Both the position numbers and the translations under genes were made by a program. From positions 6,707 through 70,706 of the forward strand of contig CAZLUT010000003.1 of NCBI GenBank assembly GCA_964562805.1: DNA of 64,000 nt, written 5' to 3'. Below are positions 1-9,493 of the stretch, one piece after another. Source of the DNA: an uncultured bacterium (lineage in GTDB: Bacteria > Omnitrophota > Omnitrophia > Omnitrophales > CAZLUT01). Every line of letters starts with the position of its first letter. The first letter of the stretch is position 1. Under the pieces are notes generated by a model. The model was not told where the DNA came from and made no database searches. It worked only from the letters and a program-made list of their open reading frames with translations.

Positions 1-972
1 TATGTTTTCAAGATTTCTGACCTCGATTTCATCTGCAGACAGTTCCCACATTGTCGCAGCGTCATATGACCACGACTCACCCTGAATAACACCAGGTGTC
101 GGACTGCCGACCATATGGGTAATAGGATCCGTACCTCCAGGTCCTTGTGACCCGGAACGACGAAAAACTTCCGCATTTCGAGTTTCTTCGCTATTTAAAA
201 GATCCATTTGATAAATAAATTCATTGAGTGATTCTCGTGCTCGAACAATATCTGAATCGGAATTTTCTAAAACTTCATTCAACTTATCTATAAACACATT
301 AAAATCTGTGGGAACTCCGCCATTTATGGGTCCTTCATCGTTATATGCATAGACGCCTGATTTTGAGACCACATATTCTTCGCTAGGTGCCGCGACTGCC
401 CGATAAATATCACCAGAACTTGGGCCATGAGCTTGAGTACTGAAAGGATGCGTGTGTGAAACAAGAGAAACTTCATTTAAAAGAGCTAGAACGGGTTCTT
501 GGACTAAGATTTCATTCTCGCCGCCGCTCGTAAAAAGAACGATTTCTCCATGAAGAACGGCGATGCCGACTTCATAGTCTAGGTTCAATAATTCACTCAA
601 ATCACTGGAGGTAAGATCTTCTAAAACAATAGCTTGCGCTATATCGCCCTGGAGACTTTCGATCGCTCGATCAAACTCATAACGGTCTAATTCAAGAGGC
701 TCTATGGCTCCGTTTTCTTCTTTCGAATCATCCGTAGCTTCTGATAAAGCGCCTTCGGTGAAAAGTTCGTCGTTTGGAATAACTTGACCAGACTCTTCGC
801 CAATACCATCTGACCCATCAGCTGGAATAACAGGAGTGTCCAATGCTAATTCCTGGGGCAATGCAGATTGATCGACTCCCTGAGCATTGAGCGCTGGAAC
901 TTGATTAAACATAAAAACTAAAGCTAAAAAAACTAAGCAACTTTTTTGAAACAAACTTCCCTTTTTCAACAT
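1..972 (-). CDS. secreted protein of unknown function (N-terminal 324 aa; C-terminus lies beyond left edge of window)
   Basis: ATG at 972-970 preceded by GGAGG (981-985 on + strand) at 8 nt; N-terminal hydrophobic signal peptide MLKKGSLFQKSCLVFLALVFMFNQVPALNA; open frame runs to position 1 with no stop; not in ORF track because it has no stop in the window. Confidence 0.5.
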   Translation of the reverse strand, partial: MLKKGSLFQKSCLVFLALVFMFNQVPALNAQGVDQSALPQELALDTPVIPADGSDGIGEESGQVIPNDELFTEGALSEATDDSKEENGAIEPLELDRYEFDRAIESLQGDIAQAIVLEDLTSSDLSELLNLDYEVGIAVLHGEIVLFTSGGENEILVQEPVLALLNEVSLVSHTHPFSTQAHGPSSGDIYRAVAAPSEEYVVSKSGVYAYNDEGPINGGVPTDFNVFIDKLNEVLENSDSDIVRARESLNEFIYQMDLLNSEETRNAEVFRRSGSQGPGGTDPITHMVGSPTPGVIQGESWSYDAATMWELSADEIEVRNLENI

Positions 973-1092
973 TTCTTTTACCTCCAGATTAGGTGATTTG
1001 CTCTCGAGCAACTTTATTGTAGGACGTCCAAATATCAATATCACCATTTTTTATACTATTTCCAATATTTTATCGGCTTTTCAATTTATGAG

Positions 1093-2013
1093 TTAAGAGC
1101 ACCCCTTTATTTTCTCAACCAATCTTTCATCCAACGGCGATAAATCGTAAGCTTTTTTATAATACTCACAGGCTCCAGCTAAATAACCAGCCTTTTCATA
1201 TGCGTCTGCCGTTGTTACAAGTAATTTAATATTTCTTGGCTTGTACGCAGCGGCTTTTTGAAGCTGTTTACCGGCCGCTGCATAACGGCCGGTAACTTTC
1301 AAATAATTACCGTAATGCATGAAGGATAAAAATTCGTTCTCAGCACCCTCTCCCTTAGCCAAAAGAATCCCTTCTTCAAATGCCTTTTTCATCATTTTAA
1401 TGTCTTTTTCTTTATAAAATAAGGTTGCCAAGTTAATAAAAAAATTAGACCTACCCGGCAAAACATTAAAGATCAGATCATTTCCGATGATTTCTTTAGT
1501 CTTCATCATATAATAAAGATCAGGGTCCCAATTAATCGCTTGCCGAAATTCATGAAAAGCCTCTTCTTTCTTGTCTTCGACCCAATACACCCTCCCGATC
1601 AAAAAATGATAGTAACTGTTTGATGGATGAAGATCAGATGCCTTTTGATAAAAATCTGCAGCTTTTTCAAAAGCAGAAACGCTTTCAAAAAACTGCCCAA
1701 CATTTGCTTGGTATTTGGCCCGGGTCGGCGCGAGTGAGATGGCTTGCTCTGCGGCTTTAAGTCCTTCGCCCTGCAAAGAAAGGTGGTTGTAATAAATTTT
1801 TGATTTTTCATAAAAATTTTTTGGGTTACCGGGATCAAATTCGATTGCTTTTTGATAGCGCTTTTCAATATCGCTTAAGCTTATTTTTTTATTATTTTGA
1901 TCAATGCCATAGGTTTCCCAATAGCTAACGATGGGCAGTGCTGCGGCAGCCGCCAAAAAAGTCAAGGCGATGATCGTTAAAATTATTAATGACCTATTTA
2001 TAAAGCGTTTCAT
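1093..2013 (-). CDS. TPR-repeat protein with N-terminal membrane anchor
   Basis: N-terminal TM helix then repeated 34-aa A/Y/F-rich TPR-like units; 4-nt overlap with upstream Wzy-like gene. Confidence 0.6.
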   Translation of the reverse strand: MKRFINRSLIILTIIALTFLAAAAALPIVSYWETYGIDQNNKKISLSDIEKRYQKAIEFDPGNPKNFYEKSKIYYNHLSLQGEGLKAAEQAISLAPTRAKYQANVGQFFESVSAFEKAADFYQKASDLHPSNSYYHFLIGRVYWVEDKKEEAFHEFRQAINWDPDLYYMMKTKEIIGNDLIFNVLPGRSNFFINLATLFYKEKDIKMMKKAFEEGILLAKGEGAENEFLSFMHYGNYLKVTGRYAAAGKQLQKAAAYKPRNIKLLVTTADAYEKAGYLAGACEYYKKAYDLSPLDERLVEKIKGCS

Positions 2014-2984
2014 CCCAACTTCCTCTTAAGCCTTGCGGTGGTTTGATTTGTGATTTTTTCCAATTTAAAAATAGAAGCCGCGTAAATAAAGAGTAACAAT
2101 GTGATTGGGGGTACGTGAAAGCCAAACTCCGCCAAATTATGCGACAGCGCCGCCAATATCGCGCTTATCAAACCTAAAGAAATTAAAAAAAGATTTCCAT
2201 GACTTTTTTTTGTTACAGCAATGCAGGATCTAAATAAAATCAGGGCAAAAATTAAAAGAAGTCCAAAACCCACAATTCCCATTTCAACCAATAACTGTAA
2301 ATACTCATTTTCAGCATACACAAAGAAACCTGATGAATAAAAACTTTGATAAATGGGGAAAATATATGAAAAGGTCCCGAGGCCTGACCCAAAAATAAAG
2401 AAACCTTTAAAATATTCAATCGAGTCGCGATAAACCAAACCTCTGAAACCGGGGGCTAATAGATTCTTATAGAAATCATTAAAATGTTCTGAGTTAAAAA
2501 TAACAAGAAAAAACCCAGCAAATACGACAGGAATTGCAAACCACAGAACAATGTGAGAAAACCGATTAAAATACGTTGTTGAAACCGATTTATGAAGTGA
2601 ATAAAGTAAAATAAAAAAACATAGTCCCCCGAGATAAGTTACCAGCCCTCCTGCCGAACCTGATAACACAATCGAAAACAGCCCGACCCCTAAACTGATC
2701 GCGGACACCAATACTCTAACCAACTTTCTTTCTGAAATACACGATCCCATAAAACCTGCTAGCGGCAATAATGCTAATGTTAAAAAACCCGCATAATTAT
2801 TTGGATTATAAAAAGTCCCAAATGATTTTGTAATTTCTTCGGGCGGGACAATTACAAAATATAACTTATTAGGTGTTAAATAATATTGGGCTATGCCGAG
2901 TACAGCAACAACAACGCCAAAACCTGAAATTGATAATAAAAGTTTTTTAAGATGTTGATAGTCAAAGAGCTTATAAACCATCAA
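2010..2984 (-). CDS. O-antigen ligase / Wzy-like polymerase, C-terminal 324 aa (Wzy_C-type motifs)
   Basis: Multi-TM protein with NPNNYAGFL and HN-AEFGFH / AENEYLQLLVEMGIVG motifs typical of the O-antigen ligase (Wzy_C) family; TTG start in same frame as ORF 3006..3383. Confidence 0.55.
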   Translation of the reverse strand: MMVYKLFDYQHLKKLLLSISGFGVVVAVLGIAQYYLTPNKLYFVIVPPEEITKSFGTFYNPNNYAGFLTLALLPLAGFMGSCISERKLVRVLVSAISLGVGLFSIVLSGSAGGLVTYLGGLCFFILLYSLHKSVSTTYFNRFSHIVLWFAIPVVFAGFFLVIFNSEHFNDFYKNLLAPGFRGLVYRDSIEYFKGFFIFGSGLGTFSYIFPIYQSFYSSGFFVYAENEYLQLLVEMGIVGFGLLLIFALILFRSCIAVTKKSHGNLFLISLGLISAILAALSHNLAEFGFHVPPITLLLFIYAASIFKLEKITNQTTARLKRKLG

Positions 2985-3005
2985 AAAGATAAAAAAGTAA
3001 GCAGC

Positions 3006-3383
3006 TCACTTTAAAAATTCCATAGCGGTCGCATAAGGCGCAACGCTTAAACTCACAGAGGATCCTTGATGAATTTGTAATTGAAACTGACTGTAGAGCG
3101 AATGCCATTTAGGCGATAAAAATTGGATCCAGGTAGTAGGCAAAGGAATTATCTGAAATAAAACCGCTAAAACAAACAGAACGAGGGGTAGAAAGATCTT
3201 TAAATCCCCCCTTCTAAAACAAACCTCTCCTTTCCATGCGCTAATAAAAAATAAAATTGCCAACAAGTAAGCTGAGACTTCAAATAGTCCGGCGCTCCAC
3301 GGCCTAACAGCGCCAAAAGCTAAAGCAGTAAACGTAATTAGAAAAAAAATACCAGCTCGAATAATTTTATGAAGCATATTCAA
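3006..3383 (-). CDS. N-terminal membrane segment of the same Wzy-like protein, separated from 2010..2984 by an in-frame TGA
   Basis: Three to four TM helices; stop TGA at 3008-3006 lies in the same frame as the downstream ORF, 21 nt (7 sense codons AAYFFIF) before its start; combined length about 456 aa fits Wzy/WaaL proteins. Confidence 0.45.
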   Translation of the reverse strand: MNMLHKIIRAGIFFLITFTALAFGAVRPWSAGLFEVSAYLLAILFFISAWKGEVCFRRGDLKIFLPLVLFVLAVLFQIIPLPTTWIQFLSPKWHSLYSQFQLQIHQGSSVSLSVAPYATAMEFLK

Positions 3384-3419
3384 CTGGAAAAAAAATAACG
3401 CGGACGTGAATAAAAATAT

Positions 3420-5276
3420 CTACGATGGCGTTTTGGGAGAGCGTGGTTTTTGCTTGCCGTATCCATAGTGATAATAATGCCCATAGTAATAACTTTCCTT
3501 TTGAACATTCACTCGATTCATAACGACACCCAAAATTTTGGCGCCTGCTTTTTCAAAAAAATGCTTTCCGCGCTGAAGGGATTTACGATTCGCTTTTCTT
3601 GAATTAACAATAAGAATAACACCATCAACTAGACGAGATAAAACAACAGGATCTGTTACTGCCATAAAGGGTGAAGCATCCATAATAATCGCATCATATT
3701 CTTTGCGAGCCCTCTCTAAAAAATGCTTCATAGCATCACTTCCGAGTAATTCTGAAGGGTTGGGGGGAATAGCGCCCGAGGGCAGGAAGAAAAGACCACT
3801 GCAACAAGTTTCCTTGATAGCCGAACTAACATCTTGTCCCACCAAGCAGTTGGTCAAACCCTGTGAATTAGTCGTTTCAAAAAGCTGATGGGCTTTTGGT
3901 TTCCTAAGATCGGTATCGATCAATAATGTTTTTTTATTCTGGAGTGCTATGGCAGCCGCTAAATTCCCTGCTAAAAAGGTCTTTCCTTCCGCGGGATTTG
4001 AACTTGAAATAAGTATGACTTGTGCCGGCTTGCCAAGGCTTGAAAAAAGAATAGAAGTCCGTATTGACCGGACGGCTTCTGAAATCGTCGAGTGCGGATC
4101 ATTGCAAACAAAAAGGTCAGGGTTTTTTAATTTTTTATTTTTTGAAAATTGAGGAATTATCCCTAAAAAACGAAGGCCTAAGAACCTTTCGATTTCTTCC
4201 GGGTTTTTTAAGGAAGAATCCAAATATTCGAGACCAAAAACCAAGAAAACAGCACCCAGAACGCCAAAACCAAACCCTAAGATAAGTAAGAGAAGTTTTC
4301 TGGGTTTGGCGGGAAAACTTGGTACTTCAGCCGGATCAACAACAATCACATTGCTCGCATTTAAATCCTCAGTGACCACTGTTTCTTTAAGGCGCTTTAA
4401 AAGCTCGTTATAAACCCGGGTATTGCTATCGGCTTCCCTTTCTAATTGAGCATATTCAATTGCAATTTGATTAAATTCAAGCGTCTGATCAACTTCTTCT
4501 TTAAGCTTCCTCTTAAGAGCCGCAATCTGATTAACTACTTGGATTAACTTGGGATGCTCTTCCAAATACCGTTTTTGATATTCCGCATGAAGTGTTTCCA
4601 ATTTAATAAGCTCAGTATTCATATCCCGGAGCCTTGGATTCTCATCCGTAATTGAAGGAACTGTTATTAAGCGATGCTTTTCTTTATAAGCCTGGAGCTT
4701 TTTTTCTGATTCACTAACTTTTACTTTCAACTCTTGAAGTCTTTTAGTAATCCAATCGCTTGCAAAACGTGAAGCGGCAAGTCGGTGATCAATGTTGAGG
4801 CGGATATACGCCCCTACAATAGCGTTCGTTATCTTGGCAGCTAATTCCGGGTCTGGGAGATAGGTGCTTACTGTAAGCAGCATTGAATTCCGCACTGGTT
4901 TTACTTCAATAATATTTAGCAGATCAGCCGGAGCATCTATTGACTCTTTAAAGAAAGGTTGTTCGTTTAAGTCTAATTGCTCAACCACATTCTTAGCCAA
5001 AGACTTACTTTTTAATATTTCAATCTGAGTTTGGTAATAATCAAGCTGGGTTGAGCCAAGCTGAAGAACTTCTTCAAAATTAACCACATTAGGACTTTCT
5101 TTTTCGATCAGGACGGTAGCTGTCGCCTTGTAAATAGGGGTTGTGGTTTTGATATAAACAATAACAAGAGCTGCCACGAAGATAAAGAAAGCGATAGCGA
5201 TTGCTTTCCGCTTATTCAGAATATAGAGATAATCTTTCAAGTGAAAATGGTGAAATGAAGAAGCGCTAGTTTCCAT
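3420..5276 (-). CDS. wzc: polysaccharide co-polymerase / tyrosine autokinase (Wzc/BY-kinase family)
   Basis: N-terminal TM plus Wzz/GumC-like periplasmic coiled-coil region, second TM, cytoplasmic P-loop (SSSNPAEGKT Walker A) and C-terminal tyrosine cluster YYYGHYYHYGYG. Confidence 0.8.
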   Translation of the reverse strand: METSASSFHHFHLKDYLYILNKRKAIAIAFFIFVAALVIVYIKTTTPIYKATATVLIEKESPNVVNFEEVLQLGSTQLDYYQTQIEILKSKSLAKNVVEQLDLNEQPFFKESIDAPADLLNIIEVKPVRNSMLLTVSTYLPDPELAAKITNAIVGAYIRLNIDHRLAASRFASDWITKRLQELKVKVSESEKKLQAYKEKHRLITVPSITDENPRLRDMNTELIKLETLHAEYQKRYLEEHPKLIQVVNQIAALKRKLKEEVDQTLEFNQIAIEYAQLEREADSNTRVYNELLKRLKETVVTEDLNASNVIVVDPAEVPSFPAKPRKLLLLILGFGFGVLGAVFLVFGLEYLDSSLKNPEEIERFLGLRFLGIIPQFSKNKKLKNPDLFVCNDPHSTISEAVRSIRTSILFSSLGKPAQVILISSSNPAEGKTFLAGNLAAAIALQNKKTLLIDTDLRKPKAHQLFETTNSQGLTNCLVGQDVSSAIKETCCSGLFFLPSGAIPPNPSELLGSDAMKHFLERARKEYDAIIMDASPFMAVTDPVVLSRLVDGVILIVNSRKANRKSLQRGKHFFEKAGAKILGVVMNRVNVQKESYYYGHYYHYGYGKQKPRSPKTPS

Positions 5277-5900
5277 TTAGAAAAAACTCTTTGAAACAAC
5301 GACAACATCGTTCGGTTCAAGAACAATATCTTTGTTTTTCTCACCCTTTTTGGTGATATCGTTTAAGTTAATTTTAAAAGTCTTTTTCCCGCCATTGCTA
5401 CTGCGGATAATCTTCACATTACGGGGATTTGCAACCTCAGTAAGACCTTCAGCCATTGTGACTGCTTCGAGAACGGTAACGTGACCTGCTAACGGATAAG
5501 AACCCGGCTTCCTAACTTCGCCGTAAACAAATATTTCACTAAATCGTTTTACAAAAACGCTAACCTGGGGATTTAATAAAAAGCGCGCTCCCAGTTTTTC
5601 CGTTAACATATTTTCTAACTCAGTCGCCGTGAGGCCGCTTACTTTTAACCTTCCCAAAAGCGGATAAGTGATCGCACCTGACCCACTAACTCGAACCTCT
5701 TTAGTTAAATCTTCCTCGCCATACACTGAAATTTCTAAAATATCGCCGGAACCGATCACGTAATCATAAGGGTGAGGCCCTTTCTCAGCCTCGGAAACTG
5801 CCTCCGCGCATAAAATCCAGACTCCGCCTATAGCCCAAAAAAATAAAGTTAGCGTTAAAATAAATAATGAAAATTTTTTGGCTGAAAAAAATTTACTCAC
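5277..5900 (-). CDS. wza: polysaccharide export outer-membrane/periplasmic protein (Wza family: Poly_export + SLBB)
   Basis: Signal peptide; SGDILEISVYG motif and beta-grasp SLBB-like region; directly abuts wzc start (5276/5277). Confidence 0.75.
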   Translation of the reverse strand: MSKFFSAKKFSLFILTLTLFFWAIGGVWILCAEAVSEAEKGPHPYDYVIGSGDILEISVYGEEDLTKEVRVSGSGAITYPLLGRLKVSGLTATELENMLTEKLGARFLLNPQVSVFVKRFSEIFVYGEVRKPGSYPLAGHVTVLEAVTMAEGLTEVANPRNVKIIRSSNGGKKTFKINLNDITKKGEKNKDIVLEPNDVVVVSKSFF

Positions 5901-5906
5901 AAAATT

Positions 5907-7133
5907 TTACAAATGAATTCCGGTATTTACGTAAAAAACATTATCTTTGTAATCAAAGGAGTCAAATTTAGAATTACGAAACGCAAAACGATATCCGACT
6001 GAAAAAGTCCACCACTCTTTGAAATCATATTTCAAGGCTGTGTCGATCCTAAACAAGTCATCGACCCTTTTACCCCAACTTCCGGCTATTAAGGTCCTTT
6101 GATCATATTCTTGGCGGGCATAACTTAAATCAGTTGTAAACAGCATGGAAGTCCATAGTTTTTGCTCCAGCCGGGCAAACATCCGGCTTTCGGTATAATT
6201 TGCCACATCAAGAAAAGTCGCCTCTTCTGGTCCATGATAAAGACCTGTTTCAACAGCTGTCCTACTGGTAGCGGCATACCGGAAAGCCATTTCTGCCGAA
6301 AAACCGTTAAACCCGGCTTCATTTTTACCTCGATAGCGTCTGCTTTCCCAGCCCATCTTTGTGATAGTTGTCAGTCTCGGCAAAAGCTGCCCCTTTAAAC
6401 CGCCTCGGACTCGATCAAAATTACCATCACGATCTCTGTTGTTGCGATAAACGATAAACCCATGGGCATACTCGACAAAAGCCTGGGTTTTTTTGGTTAA
6501 TTCAAAAAATAAGGTTGTTCCTATCCGATTAACGTTATAGTCCCACTGCTTATACGTTGAGCTGTTAAAAGTACGGTTAAACAGATGATAATCAAGTTCG
6601 GCTTGCAATTGATTCCACTTGTACCCAATGGTCGTTTGGGTTGTGTTTTCAAGCCTGCCAATTCTTTGTGTAAAGGTCGTTCCGGCTCGGCTTGAAGTCT
6701 GCGCCAATCTATGCTCGGCATTGACATACCAATCTGGAAAAGAAAGATCCACGAGGGCCTTAAAGTATTGATTCTGATCGTTTTGGTCGCTGAACTTGGT
6801 AAAATTTTCAAAATCACAGCGGTAATCGACTTCAATTAAATGATCTCCAAGATTAAGATCGGCAATGATACCTGGTGTTGTCACCCAAATAACATCGTCT
6901 TTTCTGTCATTAGGTTCAAGAAACACATTGGAATCATAGGACATTTGCTGAACAACATAGGGGTGCAGTTTAAGGGGGCCGGCGGTCAGGCGTTTTCTCG
7001 CATCTTTAAGTCCCGTTTTTTCTCCAAAATCATCAACGAATTTGAGCGCAAAAGCTTGCCCGACATTAATAGTTAATGTGCAACATAATAAAATTAGCAA
7101 ATTAGCTATTATTTTTCGGCTATTAAATTTCAT
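5907..7133 (-). CDS. outer-membrane beta-barrel protein associated with the EPS export locus
   Basis: Signal peptide, alternating aromatic/hydrophilic beta-strand pattern throughout, 6 nt upstream of wza; function not assignable from sequence. Confidence 0.45.
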   Translation of the reverse strand: MKFNSRKIIANLLILLCCTLTINVGQAFALKFVDDFGEKTGLKDARKRLTAGPLKLHPYVVQQMSYDSNVFLEPNDRKDDVIWVTTPGIIADLNLGDHLIEVDYRCDFENFTKFSDQNDQNQYFKALVDLSFPDWYVNAEHRLAQTSSRAGTTFTQRIGRLENTTQTTIGYKWNQLQAELDYHLFNRTFNSSTYKQWDYNVNRIGTTLFFELTKKTQAFVEYAHGFIVYRNNRDRDGNFDRVRGGLKGQLLPRLTTITKMGWESRRYRGKNEAGFNGFSAEMAFRYAATSRTAVETGLYHGPEEATFLDVANYTESRMFARLEQKLWTSMLFTTDLSYARQEYDQRTLIAGSWGKRVDDLFRIDTALKYDFKEWWTFSVGYRFAFRNSKFDSFDYKDNVFYVNTGIHL

Positions 7134-7206
7134 TTTTATCTTTACCTACCTTGAGTTAACTTAGATTTTTAAGAATTTTATTTATCTCTTTTAAGATCCG
7201 ATGAAA

Positions 7207-7746
7207 TTAAAAAACCGGAACAATTGACCCCAAATTGTATGATTTACCCAACTCCAGCTCGTTTTCACTTCCATCCAAAGTAACAATAGCTGCTTCTCCC
7301 TTACTTAAGGCAACCGAAACTTTCCCTTCGGTAACCTTAGCTTCTATTGAGGCGCCGCCCCGAAGAGCCAAGATTGACTCTCCCAAAGAGACCTCAACGG
7401 TACCACTAAGCACATCGGTTATAGTATCGGCTCCATTATTGTTGACATTTACCTTAACTTGGTTCCCGGAAGACAAATTCATAACTGATTCTCCCGCTAC
7501 TACGGTAAGAAAACTAGGGCCTTCCAGCGAAAAGGATGCTTCGCCTGACAAAACTTCGATCACAGAGCCGGCCGTTAAGTCAGGTAATTTATCAGACACT
7601 GAAACGGTAATTAATTTACCATCGGGCGTTGTAACCGAAAGGTTTCCTGATCTTTCACCAACTAATATCTCAGCTTGGGTTAAACTGATTAAAGCTGCTA
7701 GGCAAAATATTGAAATAGGAAAAATAAGGAAAAACAACTTTTTCAT
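7207..7746 (-). CDS. secreted beta-rich repeat protein (FecR-like fold possible)
   Basis: Cleavable signal peptide (LTQAEIL), Ser/Gly/Val-rich repeats; opposite-strand ORF 7235..7753 judged spurious. Confidence 0.4.
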   Translation of the reverse strand: MKKLFFLIFPISIFCLAALISLTQAEILVGERSGNLSVTTPDGKLITVSVSDKLPDLTAGSVIEVLSGEASFSLEGPSFLTVVAGESVMNLSSGNQVKVNVNNNGADTITDVLSGTVEVSLGESILALRGGASIEAKVTEGKVSVALSKGEAAIVTLDGSENELELGKSYNLGSIVPVF

Positions 7747-7853
7747 AGGCTAGATAATAACCCCTAACTTCATATTTTGCAATAAGTTAGAGATCTATTG
7801 CTGGAGCAATTTCAACCTCTGTTCCCTAGCTGCTAAGGTCATGATTTATCATT

Positions 7854-7879
7854 GTAGGTCACACTTAAGTGTGACCTAC
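7854..7879. promoter_or_regulatory. perfect 26-bp palindrome GTAGGTCACACTT|AAGTGTGACCTAC; terminator hairpin or dimeric-regulator operator
   Basis: Exact 13+13 inverted repeat with no mismatch, 13 nt downstream of the stop of the lipoprotein gene; followed on + strand by AGTTTTG; contains everted TCACA-N6-TGTGA half sites. Confidence 0.5.
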
Positions 7880-7891
7880 AGTTTTGAAGCT

Positions 7892-8602
7892 TTAATCGTA
7901 TTGATGCCTCAAGTTTTCACTTATATGAGGAGGGAGATAAATCGAAAAATTAACTGCTTCACCTTTTTCATTTTGAATATTAGTCAAGTAAAGCTGATAG
8001 GGATCCCGAAGTATCTTATCTTTTTTTTCGTGCTTCTCGACATCCAGTGCCGGATTAAAAAATATGAATCCATGAACCGTGCTTTCCGGCGCTATTTTAA
8101 TTTGCTTAAACCGGGTTTCAGAAGCCATTTCCTTAACGTATTCGTTGCTTTTTTTTGTATCAAGGCCGCCCCATACCGATCCCGCCAGCGCTGTGGCAGG
8201 AGCAGCTAACGTTCCGACTAAAGCTCCCACGGTTCCAAATACGAAAGACCGCTGAAAAACACTTCTTTTAACCAATTTATGAATTTCATCTTGAGATAAT
8301 GGCAAATGACTTTTTTCTATTGGATCAATTAAAGCGATTGAGGTTCCGGCTAAATCATACGTTTCGCCACCTTCATTAAAAAAAATTAGATGCACGGGGT
8401 AAACCCCTGTTTTGGCGGCATTGTAATGAAAAAGCATATCCTGTTCGCTTTTTGATAAATAAGGTTCAACGACCAGTGTCAATTTACCTTCAGTGGCTTT
8501 GTTGGGATAATAACTGGAATTACGAATAATAATATCAGGGTGACGATATCCTCCGCAACCTGCAACAGTAAACATTAGCAGTATTAATATAATCTTTTTC
8601 AT
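7892..8602 (-). CDS. lipoprotein of unknown function
   Basis: Signal peptide with lipobox FTVAGC; no recognisable catalytic motif. Confidence 0.45.
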   Translation of the reverse strand: MKKIILILLMFTVAGCGGYRHPDIIIRNSSYYPNKATEGKLTLVVEPYLSKSEQDMLFHYNAAKTGVYPVHLIFFNEGGETYDLAGTSIALIDPIEKSHLPLSQDEIHKLVKRSVFQRSFVFGTVGALVGTLAAPATALAGSVWGGLDTKKSNEYVKEMASETRFKQIKIAPESTVHGFIFFNPALDVEKHEKKDKILRDPYQLYLTNIQNEKGEAVNFSIYLPPHISENLRHQYD

Positions 8603-8630
8603 TAACCCTTTCCGACTCTTAGTTCTTCGA

Positions 8631-8652
8631 TCTCAGACCTAAGATCTGAAAC
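8631..8652 (-). repeat. heptamer tandem array family A (sense-strand AGATCTNAG / + strand TCTNAGA units), 3 units
   Basis: tctcaga cctaaga tctgaaa immediately 5' of stop codon of hydrolase gene (8653) and upstream of lipoprotein start; sense strand carries TAG, TGA, TAA. Confidence 0.6.
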
Positions 8653-9483
8653 TTACAAGTATCGCTCAAGAAAGCTTCTCGCCTCTTCGATAACATTCTG
8701 ATTATCGGGCTCATTAAATACTTCATGATATAAACTTTCAAACTCTTTCTTAGTTTTTTCTTTAGCTTTGCATTTTTCAAACCATTTATAAATCGCCCCC
8801 TTATTAACGATCCTTTCATCCCCCGCGATCAAAACACATAAAGGACAATTAATGACTATTTGATTCATCACGGACTTTTGTATCTTCCTAATTTTCCGAA
8901 ATAAACCTAAAGTCATAGAATAACTCCTCAAGGGATCATCTAAATAAGCCTTAACTTTATTTTTATCATGGCACAAAAATGAATATTGAAGTGGTTTTGT
9001 AATTTTTTTATTAGGATAAATATATGAAATAATTAATAAAATTAATTGAACTAGGTGAGAACGGTCTTCCGGCATACCGAGAAAAGGCGCAGAGAGTAAG
9101 AGCGCTTTAAAAAGTTTGAGTTTCTTTTTTAAGATCATGAGAGCTAGCAGCCCACCAAAACTTTGCGCCACAACAGCAAAAGATCCTTCGCTCCAGCCAA
9201 GATACGTTAAAAAATATTCATAATCATTTATTATTTTTTCAGGATCGATTTCGTTTCTCTTACCGCCTGAATATCCGTGACCTCTTATATCGAGTGCCGC
9301 CCATTCGACATTTCCCTCAGGAAATATCCGGTCAGCTATGTCCGCATAATCTTCGGAATGTTCAAATAATCCGTGAAAAAAAAGGACTCGTTTATTTGAC
9401 TGAGCGCGTGATCTGCGATAAAAAAGCTCGGTCCCATCCTTCGCCCTAAAGGTGCCTGTGATATGTTTTTTTTCTTTTGTCAT
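8653..9483 (-). CDS. alpha/beta hydrolase, lysophospholipase / monoacylglycerol lipase-like
   Basis: HGLFEHS oxyanion region, GXSXG nucleophile elbow (AQSFGG), C-terminal cap typical of lysophospholipase L2-like enzymes. Confidence 0.65.
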   Translation of the reverse strand: MTKEKKHITGTFRAKDGTELFYRRSRAQSNKRVLFFHGLFEHSEDYADIADRIFPEGNVEWAALDIRGHGYSGGKRNEIDPEKIINDYEYFLTYLGWSEGSFAVVAQSFGGLLALMILKKKLKLFKALLLSAPFLGMPEDRSHLVQLILLIISYIYPNKKITKPLQYSFLCHDKNKVKAYLDDPLRSYSMTLGLFRKIRKIQKSVMNQIVINCPLCVLIAGDERIVNKGAIYKWFEKCKAKEKTKKEFESLYHEVFNEPDNQNVIEEARSFLERYL

Positions 9484-9493
9484 TTTTTCTCTC

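Noticed and set aside
2985-3008. Alternative genetic code (TGA read as sense) explaining the in-frame TGA in the Wzy-like gene
   Set aside because: All other genes in the window terminate cleanly with TGA/TAA/TAG, and their ORF lengths match family expectations. Recoding would fragment or extend many of them.
7235-7753. 172-aa + strand ORF antisense to the secreted protein gene
   Set aside because: It is Ser/Pro/Thr-rich as expected from the reverse complement of a Gly/Ser/Val-rich gene, has no SD, and the opposite-strand gene has a clear signal peptide.
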